Assembly (NCBI GenBank): GCA_046290465.1
Contig: JBKAGP010000001.1
Location: forward strand, 4,384,001 to 4,448,000
Direction of reading: 5' to 3'
Source: Planctomycetota bacterium
Lineage (GTDB): Bacteria > Planctomycetota > UBA1135 > UBA2386
Length of the DNA: 64,000 nucleotides
The translations under genes and the position numbers were made by a program. Positions 40,288 to 50,333 of the stretch are shown here, piece after piece. The notes below the pieces were generated by a model, which was given only the letters and a program-made list of their open reading frames with translations, was not told the DNA's origin and ran no database searches. Each line of letters begins with the position of its first letter. Positions within the stretch are counted from its first letter, which is position 1.

Positions 40288-41160
40288 ATGAGCCGCACCG
40301 ACCGCGCCACCCGTCCGTTCCTTGCCATCGCCGCCACCGTGCTCGCGGTGCTGCCGGGGTGCACGCACCGCGCGATCGATCAGGTCGACGGCGCGCTGCC
40401 GATCCCGGCGGGGGTCACGTCGATCCGGGTCGAACTCGAGAACGGCACCCTCGACGTGGCGCCGCCCGAGGGCGCCGAGCAGGCCGCGCAGCTCACCTAC
40501 ATGGGCGGCGTGCGCATGGACGCGGCCGACGACCAGCAGCTGCAGCAATTGGTCGCCAGCCGGCACCAGCTGGTCGCCGCCGTCGACGCCGAGGACCCGA
40601 CGGTGCTGGTCGTTCGCGGTCCGCAGCTGCCGGCCGGGGTGCAGGGCATGATCGCCTACGAAGGCCACATCCGCGTGCCGGTCGCGATGCCGCTCGAGGT
40701 CGTCGTCGCCAACAACGGCCACGTCACGCTGGTCGGACGGCGCGCGCCATCCAAGGTGCGCACGCGCCGCGGCGACCTGCGGTTCGACGACTGCCGGGCC
40801 GCGATCAAGGCGACCACCGGACAGGGCAACGTGATCGCGTACGACCACCGTGGCGACCTCGACGTGCGCAGCCAGGGCGGCGACATGCAGGCGTTCGTCG
40901 TCGAGCCGGGCGAGGTGCTGACGCTCAGCACCGGCAAGGGCACGGTGCAGTGCCACGTCCCCGAGTCGATCGATTGCCGTGTCGAAGGTCGCGCCGAGAT
41001 CGGCCGCATCGGCAACGATTTCGAGTTCGACGTCACCAAGCCCTCGCCATACAGCGCGGCGATGACCGGTATTCGAGGGGGCGGAAGGACTAAGGTCGTC
41101 CTCCGCACCGCCGCGGGGCACATCGCGATGCGCCGCCTGCAGCCGCGCAAGTCGGACTGA
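40288..41160 (+). CDS. lipoprotein with beta-strand repeats (DUF4097-like)
   Basis: LPGC lipobox; repeats TRRGDL, TGQGNV, SQGGDM, TGKGTV, TAAGHI. Confidence 0.75.
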   Translation: MSRTDRATRPFLAIAATVLAVLPGCTHRAIDQVDGALPIPAGVTSIRVELENGTLDVAPPEGAEQAAQLTYMGGVRMDAADDQQLQQLVASRHQLVAAVDAEDPTVLVVRGPQLPAGVQGMIAYEGHIRVPVAMPLEVVVANNGHVTLVGRRAPSKVRTRRGDLRFDDCRAAIKATTGQGNVIAYDHRGDLDVRSQGGDMQAFVVEPGEVLTLSTGKGTVQCHVPESIDCRVEGRAEIGRIGNDFEFDVTKPSPYSAAMTGIRGGGRTKVVLRTAAGHIAMRRLQPRKSD

Positions 41161-41407
41161 GAACGTCGTTTCTGTCTGACAAACCGGTCAAAGCGGCGGT
41201 CGTCCCGTTACCCGCGGACCCGCTGGCGCTAGGGCGCGGGGGACCAAAGATCCCGGCTTCCATTCGGAAATGTCGGCAGGTACCTCACGTCTTCGCCCAC
41301 GTCGCGTAGCAACCAACTCGCCCCCAAGACCCCTGACCCCAAGCTGCCCGAAGCCGCATTTGCGGATCGCTGCTGCAAATGCCCCCGCACGGGTGGACCG
41401 ACCACTC

Positions 41408-41821
41408 ATGACTCTCGGCAAACGACTGCTCGTCTACTCCGCCCAAGACCCGAACGCACAAGGCCTCACCAAGGTCACCGCAGAATGGGGATGCATGGTC
41501 TCGACCTGTTCGTCGCTCGACGAACTGCGCGGCCGCATCGAGGGGGCCGAGTTCGACTTCGTGCTCTGCGAGCCCTCGACCGACCTCAAGCAACTCATCG
41601 CCGAGAACTCGATCGACGAGACCCTGCAGATGCCGCTCGCGGAGATCGAGAAGCGCCACATCATGCGCGTGCTGTCGTCCACCGGCGGCAACAAGACGCG
41701 CGCTGCGCGCATCCTCGGCATCGACACGAAGACGCTCTACAACAAGCTCAAGGCGTACAAGTCGTCGGAGGAGCTGGCCCGCAAGCGGATGAGCCAGCAG
41801 CCGGGGTCGGTGGCCATCTGA
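41408..41821 (+). CDS. Fis-type HTH protein with a degenerate receiver-like N-terminus
   Basis: LAEIEKRHIMRVL..TGGNKTRAARILGIDTKTLYNKLK; no AAA+ domain. Confidence 0.8.
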   Translation: MTLGKRLLVYSAQDPNAQGLTKVTAEWGCMVSTCSSLDELRGRIEGAEFDFVLCEPSTDLKQLIAENSIDETLQMPLAEIEKRHIMRVLSSTGGNKTRAARILGIDTKTLYNKLKAYKSSEELARKRMSQQPGSVAI

Positions 41822-41966
41822 GACCCCCTCAGCCTCTCCAAATCGACGACGCGTCGGATCGGTGCCATCGGCGGTCCGGCTCGCGTTCGTCCGGTGATCG
41901 ACGCCGCGCCGCATTTCATGGGGTAGGGTTTTTCGGCGCGCCGATTCCGGCAGCCGCCCTGTGCCC

Positions 41967-42221
41967 ATGGAACGCGTCGACAGCCTGATCGCCGAACTCT
42001 CCGTCCGCCACAAGAACGCCGACCCGCGGTTCCTGGCGGCCGTCCGGCCGATGGTCGTCTCGATCCTCGACCCGGCCACCCCCGAGGACGCGCGCGTCCC
42101 CCTGCTCGAGATGCTCGCCGAGACGTTCGAGCGGGACGTGCAGATCCGCGACAACTGCGCGGCCGCGCGCGAGGCCTTCCAGGCCTGGATCGAGGCGATC
42201 AAGCGCCTGCTGCGCGGCTGA
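41967..42221 (+). CDS. small hypothetical helical protein
   Basis: Strong GC3 bias; 84 aa. Confidence 0.6.
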   Translation: MERVDSLIAELSVRHKNADPRFLAAVRPMVVSILDPATPEDARVPLLEMLAETFERDVQIRDNCAAAREAFQAWIEAIKRLLRG

Positions 42222-42561
42222 GAATGCCACACTCGCGGCCCTGGCCGTCCCACTTCTGGAGTCTGCGAACTTCTTCGCACCGTCCGGTTTCGGGGGAAAC
42301 GGCGATGCGACCGGCGCCGCCCCATCACGCGCCCTGCCAGACCGTCCGCTGCGCTGCCGACGTGTCCTCATGCGACCGCGCGGCGCGCCGAGAATGGCCC
42401 TGTCGACGACGCGCGAGGACCGCACACCGGAAGCCGCGACGGGCCATGATTCGCCGACTTCGATCCTTTGCCTGCAGTGCCCGTCGCGGCTTCTACTTTT
42501 TCCGCGCTGCACCAGCACACGCTGGAAACCCCGATGGCGACGCGCCAACATGCTTCGCCCC

Positions 42562-43672
42562 ATGGGTCTGCAAGAACACCAGGAAGTTCTGAAGGCGGCC
42601 GAAGAGCGGCTCCAATCGCTCAAGGTGTCTCTTTGACTACGTTCGCCGCCACCGTGAACTAGCCGACATCGAGAACCGGATGACGCAGCCGGGCTTCTGG
42701 GACAACCCGGAGAACGCGCAGAAGATCGTCCAGGAAAAGAAGTTGTGCGTCAACGTGGTCGAGCCGATCGACCGCCTGACCCAGGTCATCGAGGACGGCA
42801 ACGTGCTCGTCGAGCTGGGTGCCGAGGACGCCGCCAGCGTCGAGGACGACCTGGTCGCCGCGCGCAAGCAGCTGGACGAGGGCATGGACGCCCTCGAGTT
42901 CCAGCTGATGCTCGGCGGCGAGCACGATGCGTCCAACGCGATCGTGACGCTGCAGCCCGGCGCCGGCGGGGTCGACGCCTCGGACTTCGCCGAGATGCTG
43001 CTGCGCATGTACGTGAAGTGGGCGGGCCGGCACGACTACGACGTCGAGGAGCTCGACTTCCAGAAGGCCGAGGAGGCCGGCATCAAGAACGTCACCGTCA
43101 TCATCAAGGGGCCGTATGCCTACGGCCGGATGAAGGCGGAGCAGGGCGTGCACCGGCTGGTGCGGATCTCGCCGTTCGACGGCCAGGCGCGGCGGCAGAC
43201 GTCGTTCGCGTCGGTCGAGGTGGTGCCCGAGCTCGAGGACGACCTCGCCGTCGAGATCCGTAAGGAGGACCTTCGGGTCGACACGTTCCGCGCGTCCGGC
43301 GCCGGCGGCCAGCACGTCAACAAGACCGAGTCCGCGATCCGCATCACGCACCTGCCGTCCGGCATCGTGGTGTCGTGCCAGGCCGAACGCAGCCAGCACA
43401 AGAACCGCGACTCCGCGATGAAGACGCTGCGCTCGAAGCTGTTCCAGCTCGAGCAGGCCAAGCGCGAGGAGGAGCTGGCGAGCTTCTACGGGGACCGCGG
43501 CTCGATCAGCTGGGGCAACCAGATCCGCAGCTACGTGCTGCAGCCCTACCAGATGTGCAAGGACCTGCGCACCGAGATCGAGACCTCGGACGTCTCCGGT
43601 GTGCTCGACGGCGACGTCGACCCGTTCATCGAGGGCTACCTGAAGAAGAGGAAGGACGAGGCGAAGTCATGA
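42562..43672 (+). CDS. prfB: peptide chain release factor 2, with programmed +1 frameshift
   Basis: Short first ORF MGLQE...KVSL ends at CTT TGA C (42631-42637) and continues +1 as DYVRR...PGFWD; SPF and GGQ motifs present. Confidence 0.96.
42623..42637 (+). promoter_or_regulatory. prfB frameshift cassette
   Basis: Internal SD-like AGGTG, 3-nt spacer TCT, then CTTTGAC. Confidence 0.93.
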
Positions 43673-45249
43673 GGCGTGCGCTCCTGTCGGTAACGGACAA
43701 GCAAGGCATCACCGAGTTCGCGCGGGGGCTGGCCGAGGCCGGCTTCGCGCTGCTGTCGACCGGCGGCACGCGCCGTGAGATCGCGGACGCGGGCGTCGAG
43801 GTGCAGGAGGTCGCGGACTACACCGGCTTCCCCGAGATGATGGACGGTCGCGTCAAGACGCTGCACCCCAAGGTGCACGGCGGCCTGCTGGCGCGTCGCG
43901 ACGACGACCAGCACGTCGCCGCGATGGGCGAGCACGGCATCGACGCGATCGACCTGCTGTGCGTCAACCTCTACCGCTTCCGCGAGACGGTCCGTCGCCC
44001 CGGGATCGGCCGCAACGAGATCGTCGAGAACATCGACATCGGCGGCCCGGCGATGATCCGCAGCGCCGCCAAGAACCACCAGAGCGTCGCGGTCGTCGTC
44101 GACCCCAACGACTACCCGGAGGTGCTGCGTCTGCTCAAGGAGCACGAAGGCACGCTGCCGCCCGACTTCCTGCGCAAGCTCGCCGCCAAGGCCTACGCGC
44201 ACACCGCGGCCTACGACGCGGCGATCGCGCAGTGGTTCGACGGCGAACGTCGCGCGATGTCCGGCGAGCCGTTCTTCTCGCGCAACATCGCCTACTCCGC
44301 CAGCAAGGTCGCCGACCTGCGCTACGGCGAGAACCCGCACCAGAAGGCGGCGTTCTATTCGCTCGGCAACCCTGGCCCGAGCCTCGCCAACGCCAACCAG
44401 CTCGGCGGCAAGGAGCTCAGCTACAACAACATCCTCGACGCCGATGCGGCGATGAAGCTGGCGTTCGAGTTCTCGCGCACCAGCTGCGTGCTGGTCAAGC
44501 ACAACAATCCGTGTGGCACGGCGGTCGCCGACGACCTGCCGCGCGCGTTCGAGCTGGCGCTGTCGGGGGACCCGGTGTCGGCGTTCGGCGGCATCCTCGC
44601 GACCAACCGCACCTTCGACGCCGCGACCGCCAAGGCCGTCGTCGACAGCGGCACGTTCCTCGAGGTCGTGGTCGCGCCGTCGGTCGAACCCGAAGCCGTC
44701 GCCGAGCTGCAGAAGGCCAGGTGGGGTCCCAACGTGCGGGTGCTCGACCTCGGCGGCGCGCCGGACACCACCCAGCGTCACCGCTTCGTCGCGCGCCAGG
44801 TCAGCGGCGGCTTCCTGCTGCAGACCGCCGACATCCCGCCGCAGGCTCCGTCCGACGAGGTCGCGACCAGGCGCGCACCGAGCGACGACGAGAAGAAGGC
44901 GCTCGAGTTCGCCTGGCTGGTCTGCAAGCACGTCAAGTCCAACGCGATCGTGCTCGCGCGCACCGCCGAGGACGGCGCGTGCCTGACCGTCGGCGTCGGT
45001 GCCGGCCAGATGAGCCGCGTCGACTCCGCCAAGATCGCCGTCGACAAGGCCGGCGAACGCAGCAAGGGCTGCGTCGTCGCCAGCGACGCGTTCTTCCCGT
45101 TCGCCGACGGCCTGCTGGTCTGCGCCGAGGTCGGCGCGACCGCGGTGATCCAGCCGGGGGGCAGTAAGCGTGACGCCGAGGTCGTCGCCGCCGCCGACAA
45201 GCACGGCATGGCGATGTGGATGACCGGCCAGCGCCACTTCCGTCACTAG
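43669..45249 (+). CDS. purH: bifunctional AICAR transformylase / IMP cyclohydrolase
   Basis: RALLSVTDK, GRVKTLHP, IDIGGP, LRYGENPHQ, KHVKSNAI, ASDAFFPF, RHFRH. Confidence 0.97.
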   Translation: MRRALLSVTDKQGITEFARGLAEAGFALLSTGGTRREIADAGVEVQEVADYTGFPEMMDGRVKTLHPKVHGGLLARRDDDQHVAAMGEHGIDAIDLLCVNLYRFRETVRRPGIGRNEIVENIDIGGPAMIRSAAKNHQSVAVVVDPNDYPEVLRLLKEHEGTLPPDFLRKLAAKAYAHTAAYDAAIAQWFDGERRAMSGEPFFSRNIAYSASKVADLRYGENPHQKAAFYSLGNPGPSLANANQLGGKELSYNNILDADAAMKLAFEFSRTSCVLVKHNNPCGTAVADDLPRAFELALSGDPVSAFGGILATNRTFDAATAKAVVDSGTFLEVVVAPSVEPEAVAELQKARWGPNVRVLDLGGAPDTTQRHRFVARQVSGGFLLQTADIPPQAPSDEVATRRAPSDDEKKALEFAWLVCKHVKSNAIVLARTAEDGACLTVGVGAGQMSRVDSAKIAVDKAGERSKGCVVASDAFFPFADGLLVCAEVGATAVIQPGGSKRDAEVVAAADKHGMAMWMTGQRHFRH

Positions 45250-45258
45250 GCGCGTCGC

Positions 45259-45630
45259 ATGGTTGCCCAGAAGGACATCCAGCGCGCCGCCAGGGACGTG
45301 CTGCTCGGTGCGTCGATGCGCCAGGTGGCGCACGAGTATCGCGAACGGCTGATCGAGGACTTCGGGTTCCGGCCCGAAGAGGTCACCCAGGACACGTTCA
45401 AGGACGAGGTCGGCTCGTTCATGCGCGCGCTGGCGCGCCACCTCGGCGACCGGCACCAGGGCGACGCGCGCGTCGGCGAGGCGCTCGAGACGTGGATGCG
45501 GTTCACCGACCACTACGAGGCGTGGGACGCGCTGCTCGCCGGCGCGTTCGACATCGAGGGGCGCGAAGCGCTGATCCGTCGCGGTCGTATGCTGTTCCCC
45601 GGGCCGTTGACGCGGCACTGGGACGAATGA
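45259..45630 (+). CDS. hypothetical protein
   Basis: Fills the purH-yggS gap; ATGA overlap with the next gene. Confidence 0.7.
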   Translation: MVAQKDIQRAARDVLLGASMRQVAHEYRERLIEDFGFRPEEVTQDTFKDEVGSFMRALARHLGDRHQGDARVGEALETWMRFTDHYEAWDALLAGAFDIEGREALIRRGRMLFPGPLTRHWDE

Positions 45631-46316
45631 CGTCGATCGCCGACAACTTCCACGAGGTGCGGGCACGGATCGCCGCGGCCTGCGCTGCCGCCGAGCGTGA
45701 CCCCGACGAGGTACAGCTGTTGGCGGTCAGCAAGTTCCATCCGACCGCAGCGGTGCGCGAGGCGATGGCGGCGGGGCAGCGACGGTTCGGCGAGAGCCGC
45801 GTGCAGGAGCTGGTCGCCAAGGCCTCCGACCTGCAGGAGGACGACGACGTGCGCTGGCACCTGATCGGCTCGCTGCAGACCAACAAGGTGCGCGACGTCG
45901 TGCACGTCGCCAACCTCGAGTTGGTGCACAGCGTCGATCGTCGCAAGCTGGCGAACGCGCTGCAGCAGGAGCTCGAGCGCGCCGGCCGCCAGCTCGACGT
46001 GCTGCTGCAGGTCAACGCGTCGGGTGAGGAGCAGAAGCACGGCTGCTCGCCGGACGACGCCGCCGCGTTCCTCGAGCACATGCAGTCGCAGTGCACGGCG
46101 CTGCGCTGCCGCGGCCTGATGGCGATGGGGCCGCTCGCGGGCGCGTCGCGGCCGGTGTTCGACCGCGTCGTCGCGCTGCGAGAGCAGCTGCGGGCTCGTT
46201 CGGGTCTGCCGCTGTTGACGCTCAGCCTCGGCATGTCCGGCGATCTCGACGAGGCGATCGCCGCCGGTTCGACGATGGTGCGGATCGGCACCGCGCTGTT
46301 CGGCGCCCGCGATTGA
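45627..46316 (+). CDS. yggS: PLP homeostasis protein (YggS family)
   Basis: LLAVSK, FGESRVQE, WHLIGSLQTNK, LSLGMSGD, VRIGTALFG. Confidence 0.95.
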   Translation: MTSIADNFHEVRARIAAACAAAERDPDEVQLLAVSKFHPTAAVREAMAAGQRRFGESRVQELVAKASDLQEDDDVRWHLIGSLQTNKVRDVVHVANLELVHSVDRRKLANALQQELERAGRQLDVLLQVNASGEEQKHGCSPDDAAAFLEHMQSQCTALRCRGLMAMGPLAGASRPVFDRVVALREQLRARSGLPLLTLSLGMSGDLDEAIAAGSTMVRIGTALFGARD

Positions 46317-46347
46317 GCGCGCCGCGCGCGTGCCGTACCGTGCACGC

Positions 46348-47109
46348 GTGGCGACCAAGAAGACATCCAGGAAGAAGGCCGCCGCCAAGGCTGCCGCGAC
46401 CATCGCGCCGTCGGGGCCGCCGCCGGCGCGCGACGAACTGCTCCAGCGGCTGCAGCTGGCGATCCCGAAGCCGGAGTGCGAGCTCGACCACACCGACGGC
46501 TACACGCTGTTGATCGCGACGATCCTGAGCGCGCAGAGCACCGACCGGACCGTCAACACCGTCACGCCGGTGCTGTTCCAGAAGTGGCCGACGCCGGCGG
46601 CGCTGGCATCGGCGCCGCGCGAAGACGTCGAGGAGGTCGTGCACCGCACCGGCTTCTTCCGCAACAAGGCCAAGGCGATCCAGGGCGCCAGCCTGGCGAT
46701 CCACACCGAACACGGTGGTGAGGTGCCGCGCGATCTCGACACGTTGATCAAGCTGCCCGGCGTGGCGCGCAAGACCGCCAACGTCGTGCTCGGGGTCGCC
46801 TACGGCATCCCGTCGGGCATCGTCGTCGACACCCACGTGACGCGGGTCAGCCAGCGGCTCGCGCTGACGAGCGAGAAGAACGCCGAGAAGGTCGAGCGCG
46901 CGCTGTGCGAGCTGTTCGACCGCGACCAGTGGATCGACAGCGGCCACCGGATCCTGCTGCTCGGCCGCTACGTCTGCCTCGCCAAGAACCCGGATTGCGG
47001 CAACTGCCCGATCAACGAGATCTGTCCGTCGCGCGTCGCCGAGCCGATCGGGCCATGGCAAGATCGTGCCGCGCATACCGCCGAACTGGTCGCGAGGCGC
47101 GGCGCGTGA
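46348..47109 (+). CDS. nth: endonuclease III
   Basis: LSAQSTD, HhH LPGVARKTANV, VDTHV, 4Fe-4S Cx6Cx2Cx5C. Confidence 0.96.
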   Translation: MATKKTSRKKAAAKAAATIAPSGPPPARDELLQRLQLAIPKPECELDHTDGYTLLIATILSAQSTDRTVNTVTPVLFQKWPTPAALASAPREDVEEVVHRTGFFRNKAKAIQGASLAIHTEHGGEVPRDLDTLIKLPGVARKTANVVLGVAYGIPSGIVVDTHVTRVSQRLALTSEKNAEKVERALCELFDRDQWIDSGHRILLLGRYVCLAKNPDCGNCPINEICPSRVAEPIGPWQDRAAHTAELVARRGA

Positions 47110-47855
47110 TCGAGTTCCGGTCCGTTCGCAAGGTGTTCGTCGGGGACGACGGACGCGAGCACGTCGCGCTGCGCGACGTCGACCTGCGCATCGAGACCGG
47201 CGAACTGCACGTGCTGATCGGCACCAGCGGCTGCGGCAAGACCACCACGCTGCGGCTGGTCAATCGGCTCGAGGAGGCGAGCGACGGCGAGGTGATGGTC
47301 GGCGGCGTCGACGTGCGCACCGAGGACCCGATCGCGCTGCGCCGGCGCATCGGCTACGTGATCCAGACCGGTGGGCTGTTCCCGCACTGGAGCGTCGCGC
47401 GCAACGTCGGCACGCTGTGCGAACTCGAGGGCCACGCCGCCGAGCGCATCGAGGCGCGCACCCGCCAGCTGCTCGACCTGGTCGGGCTGCCGTTCGAGAC
47501 GTTCGGTCGGCGGTTGCCGCGCGAGCTGTCCGGCGGCCAGCGCCAGCGCGTCGGCATCGCCCGCGCGCTCGCTCTGGAGCCCGAATACCTGCTGCTCGAC
47601 GAGCCGTTCGGCGCGCTCGATCCGATCACGCGTGCCGAACTGATCGAGGAGCTGCGGCCGCTGTTCGCCGAACTCGGCAAGACCGTGCTGCTGGTCACCC
47701 ACGACCTCGCGGAGGCGTTCGCGCTCGGCGATCGTGTGACGCTGATGGACGGTGGCCGCGTCGTGCAGACCGGCGTCGAACGGGACTTCCTCGAGCGGCC
47801 GGCCGAGCCGTTCGTCGAGCGCTTCGTCGCCAGCGTGCGCGGGGGTGGGCGATGA
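47106..47855 (+). CDS. osmoprotectant-type ABC transporter ATP-binding protein
   Basis: GTSGCGKTT, LRRRIGYVIQ.GGLFPH, LSGGQ, DEPFGALDPITR. Confidence 0.92.
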   Translation: MIEFRSVRKVFVGDDGREHVALRDVDLRIETGELHVLIGTSGCGKTTTLRLVNRLEEASDGEVMVGGVDVRTEDPIALRRRIGYVIQTGGLFPHWSVARNVGTLCELEGHAAERIEARTRQLLDLVGLPFETFGRRLPRELSGGQRQRVGIARALALEPEYLLLDEPFGALDPITRAELIEELRPLFAELGKTVLLVTHDLAEAFALGDRVTLMDGGRVVQTGVERDFLERPAEPFVERFVASVRGGGR

Positions 47856-49438
47856 GGCTCGCGCTGATGCTGCTGGCGCTCTCCGCGTCCCTTTGCGCGC
47901 AGACCACGATCCGGGTCGGCAGCAAGAAGTTCGCCGAGTCCGCGATCCTCGCCGAGCTGATGGCGCAGATGATCGAGCAGCACACCGAGTTGACGGTCGA
48001 GCGCCGGCTCAACCTGCAAGGCACGATGCTGTGCTGGCAGGCGCTGCAGTCCGGCGAGATCGACCTCTATGCGGAGTACACCGGCACCGGCTGGGCGACG
48101 ATCGTCGGCCGCACCGACAAGGTCACCGATCCGCTGCGCGCGTTCTTCGAAGTGCGCCGCTTCTGCCGCGACGAGCACGACGTGCACTGGCTCGAGCCGT
48201 TCGGCCTCAACAACACCTATGCGCTGGCGATGCGCGAGGACCGCGCGGTCGAGCTCGGCGTCAGCCGCATCTCCGATCTGATCCCGCACCAGGCGTCGCT
48301 GCGCGCCGGGTTCGGCGGCGAGTTCGGCGAACGCGCCGACGGCTACCGCGGCCTGCAGCAGGTCTACGGCCTGCAGCTCGGCGAGGTGCGCGTCGTCGAG
48401 CATGCGCTCGGCTACGAGGCGATCGCCGCGGGCCAGCTCGACCTGATGGACGTCTACTCGACCGACGGCAAGCTGCTGCGGTTCGAGCTGCGGGTGCTCG
48501 AGGACGACCGCCGCTTCTTCCCGCCGTACAACGCCGCGCCGATGGTGCGCGGCGCGACGCTGCGCCAGCACCCGGAGATCGAGGGCGCGCTCGGCCGGCT
48601 CGCGTTCCGGCTGCCGGACCACGACGCGCAGGCGCTCAACTACCTGGTCGAGGCCGAGGGCTTCACGGCGCGGCAGGTCGCGCGCGCGTTCCTCGAGGTC
48701 GAACAGTTGGTCGAAGGCCTCGAGGAGTCGGTCGCTGCCGAGAAGGCGCGGGCCGCGTTCCTGCGGGTTCGACGCGCGCCGCCGGCGCCCGGCGCCGCAG
48801 CCGCCCAGCGACCGGGGTTCTTCGGCACGCTGCAGCGCTCGTGGGGCAAGCTCGGCGAACGAGTGCTGCAGCACCTGCTGTTGACGCTGGCGGCGGTCGG
48901 TCTCGCCTGCGCGCTGGCCATCCCGCTCGGAGTGCGCATGGCCGCCGCCCCGCGCCTGCGCGCGGCGCTGCTGGCGTTCGCCGGGGTCGTGCAGACGATC
49001 CCCAGCCTGGCGCTGCTGGTGTTCCTGATCCCGCTGTTCGGCCTGAGCGCGTGGTCGGCGATCACCGCGCTGTTCCTCTACGCGCTGCTGCCGATCCTGC
49101 GCAACACCTGCACCGGCATCCTCGGTGTGCCCATGGACCTCGTCGACGCGGCGCGCGGCATGGGCATGCGCGACCACGAGATCCTGTGGAAGGTGCAGCT
49201 CCCGCTGGCGATGCCCACGATCCTCGCCGGCGTGCGCACCGCGACGGTCATCAGCATCGGCTTCGCGGTGCTCGCGGCGTTCATCGGCGCGGGCGGTCTC
49301 GGCGGCTTCATCGTCGATGGCCTGGCACTCAACGACATGTCGCTGCTGCTGCTCGGGGCGATGCCGGCGGCGGCGCTCGCGGTGCTCGGCGACCGGTTGC
49401 TCGGTCTGCTCGAACGCGCGCTCAGTCCGCGGCTCTGA
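47852..49438 (+). CDS. fused glycine betaine/osmoprotectant-type substrate-binding protein + permease
   Basis: VGSKKFAES, EYTGT, NNTYAL, YSTDG, FFPPY; then QTIPSLALL, LYALLPILRNT and an EAA-like motif. Confidence 0.92.
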   Translation: MRLALMLLALSASLCAQTTIRVGSKKFAESAILAELMAQMIEQHTELTVERRLNLQGTMLCWQALQSGEIDLYAEYTGTGWATIVGRTDKVTDPLRAFFEVRRFCRDEHDVHWLEPFGLNNTYALAMREDRAVELGVSRISDLIPHQASLRAGFGGEFGERADGYRGLQQVYGLQLGEVRVVEHALGYEAIAAGQLDLMDVYSTDGKLLRFELRVLEDDRRFFPPYNAAPMVRGATLRQHPEIEGALGRLAFRLPDHDAQALNYLVEAEGFTARQVARAFLEVEQLVEGLEESVAAEKARAAFLRVRRAPPAPGAAAAQRPGFFGTLQRSWGKLGERVLQHLLLTLAAVGLACALAIPLGVRMAAAPRLRAALLAFAGVVQTIPSLALLVFLIPLFGLSAWSAITALFLYALLPILRNTCTGILGVPMDLVDAARGMGMRDHEILWKVQLPLAMPTILAGVRTATVISIGFAVLAAFIGAGGLGGFIVDGLALNDMSLLLLGAMPAAALAVLGDRLLGLLERALSPRL

Positions 49439-50333
49439 TCGCCGCGCGCAGTTCGGCGGCTGCGGCGTGCCAGCTGCGCGGCTCGGCGGTCCGTCGGCGC
49501 CGCGGCGGCGGATCCGCTGCCAGCGCCCGCAGCCTGGCGCGAACGTCGTCGTCGTTCGCGTCGGGCGGCAGCAGCGCGCGCGACCGATCGTCCCCGAACG
49601 TCGCCAGCTCGCCGGTGTCGAGTCCGAACAGGACCAGCCCCGCGGCGACGCCCTCCGCCGCCGCCATGCCGAACGACTCGCTGCCGCTCAACGATGCGAA
49701 TACGTCGTGCTCCCGGTAGAGCTCGGCGAGCCGCTCGACCGGCACCGCGTCGAGCACGGTGACCGGTAGCCCCGCGGCCTCGCGGCGCAGCGCCGTGACC
49801 TCACCGGGGTCGCGCGTCATGCTGCCGACCAGGGTCAGCCGCCACGGCGTCGTCAGCGCGCGCAGCATCGCGACCAGCCGCCGCTGGCCCTTGGCCGGAC
49901 AGATCGTGCCGGCGCAGACGAACGCCAGCGTCGGGTCGCCGCGCCGCGGCTGCGGCGTGAAGCACCCGTCGATGCCGGGGCGCACGATGTCGACGCGCCG
50001 CGCCGCCGCGGCGACGGCGCTGGCGGTCGGTTGGCCGGTCGCGACGACGTGCAGCGGAGCCTCGGACCACGGCGTGCGCGCCGGCACCATGTGCAGCAGC
50101 GCGGTGACGTTCGGCGGCAGCGGTGCGTCGAGCAGGTCGGCGAACCAGCCGTCGACGATCACGGTCGCGTCGGGTTGGCCGCGCTGCAGCAGGCGCACGC
50201 AGCGCCGCAGCTCGGGCGGCGCGACCTCGACGCGGCGCGCGGCCGGTCCGAGCGCAGCGACGATGCGTTGCTGGTAGCGGAAGCCACCCGACGGCAGTCC
50301 TTCCGGCCGCGGTGGCTCCAGCAGCACGATCAA
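49422..50333 (-). CDS. GT4 glycosyltransferase
   Basis: PSGGFRY, IVDG, GTICPAKG, ESFGMAAAE; TTGA overlap with the PTPS stop. Confidence 0.82.
   Translation of the reverse strand: MIVLLEPPRPEGLPSGGFRYQQRIVAALGPAARRVEVAPPELRRCVRLLQRGQPDATVIVDGWFADLLDAPLPPNVTALLHMVPARTPWSEAPLHVVATGQPTASAVAAAARRVDIVRPGIDGCFTPQPRRGDPTLAFVCAGTICPAKGQRRLVAMLRALTTPWRLTLVGSMTRDPGEVTALRREAAGLPVTVLDAVPVERLAELYREHDVFASLSGSESFGMAAAEGVAAGLVLFGLDTGELATFGDDRSRALLPPDANDDDVRARLRALAADPPPRRRRTAEPRSWHAAAAELRAAIRAAD

Noticed and set aside
42222..42561. 340-bp gap upstream of prfB as an ncRNA or small gene
   Set aside because: No recognisable RNA family, and the ORFs lack coding-like composition; cannot be supported without a search.
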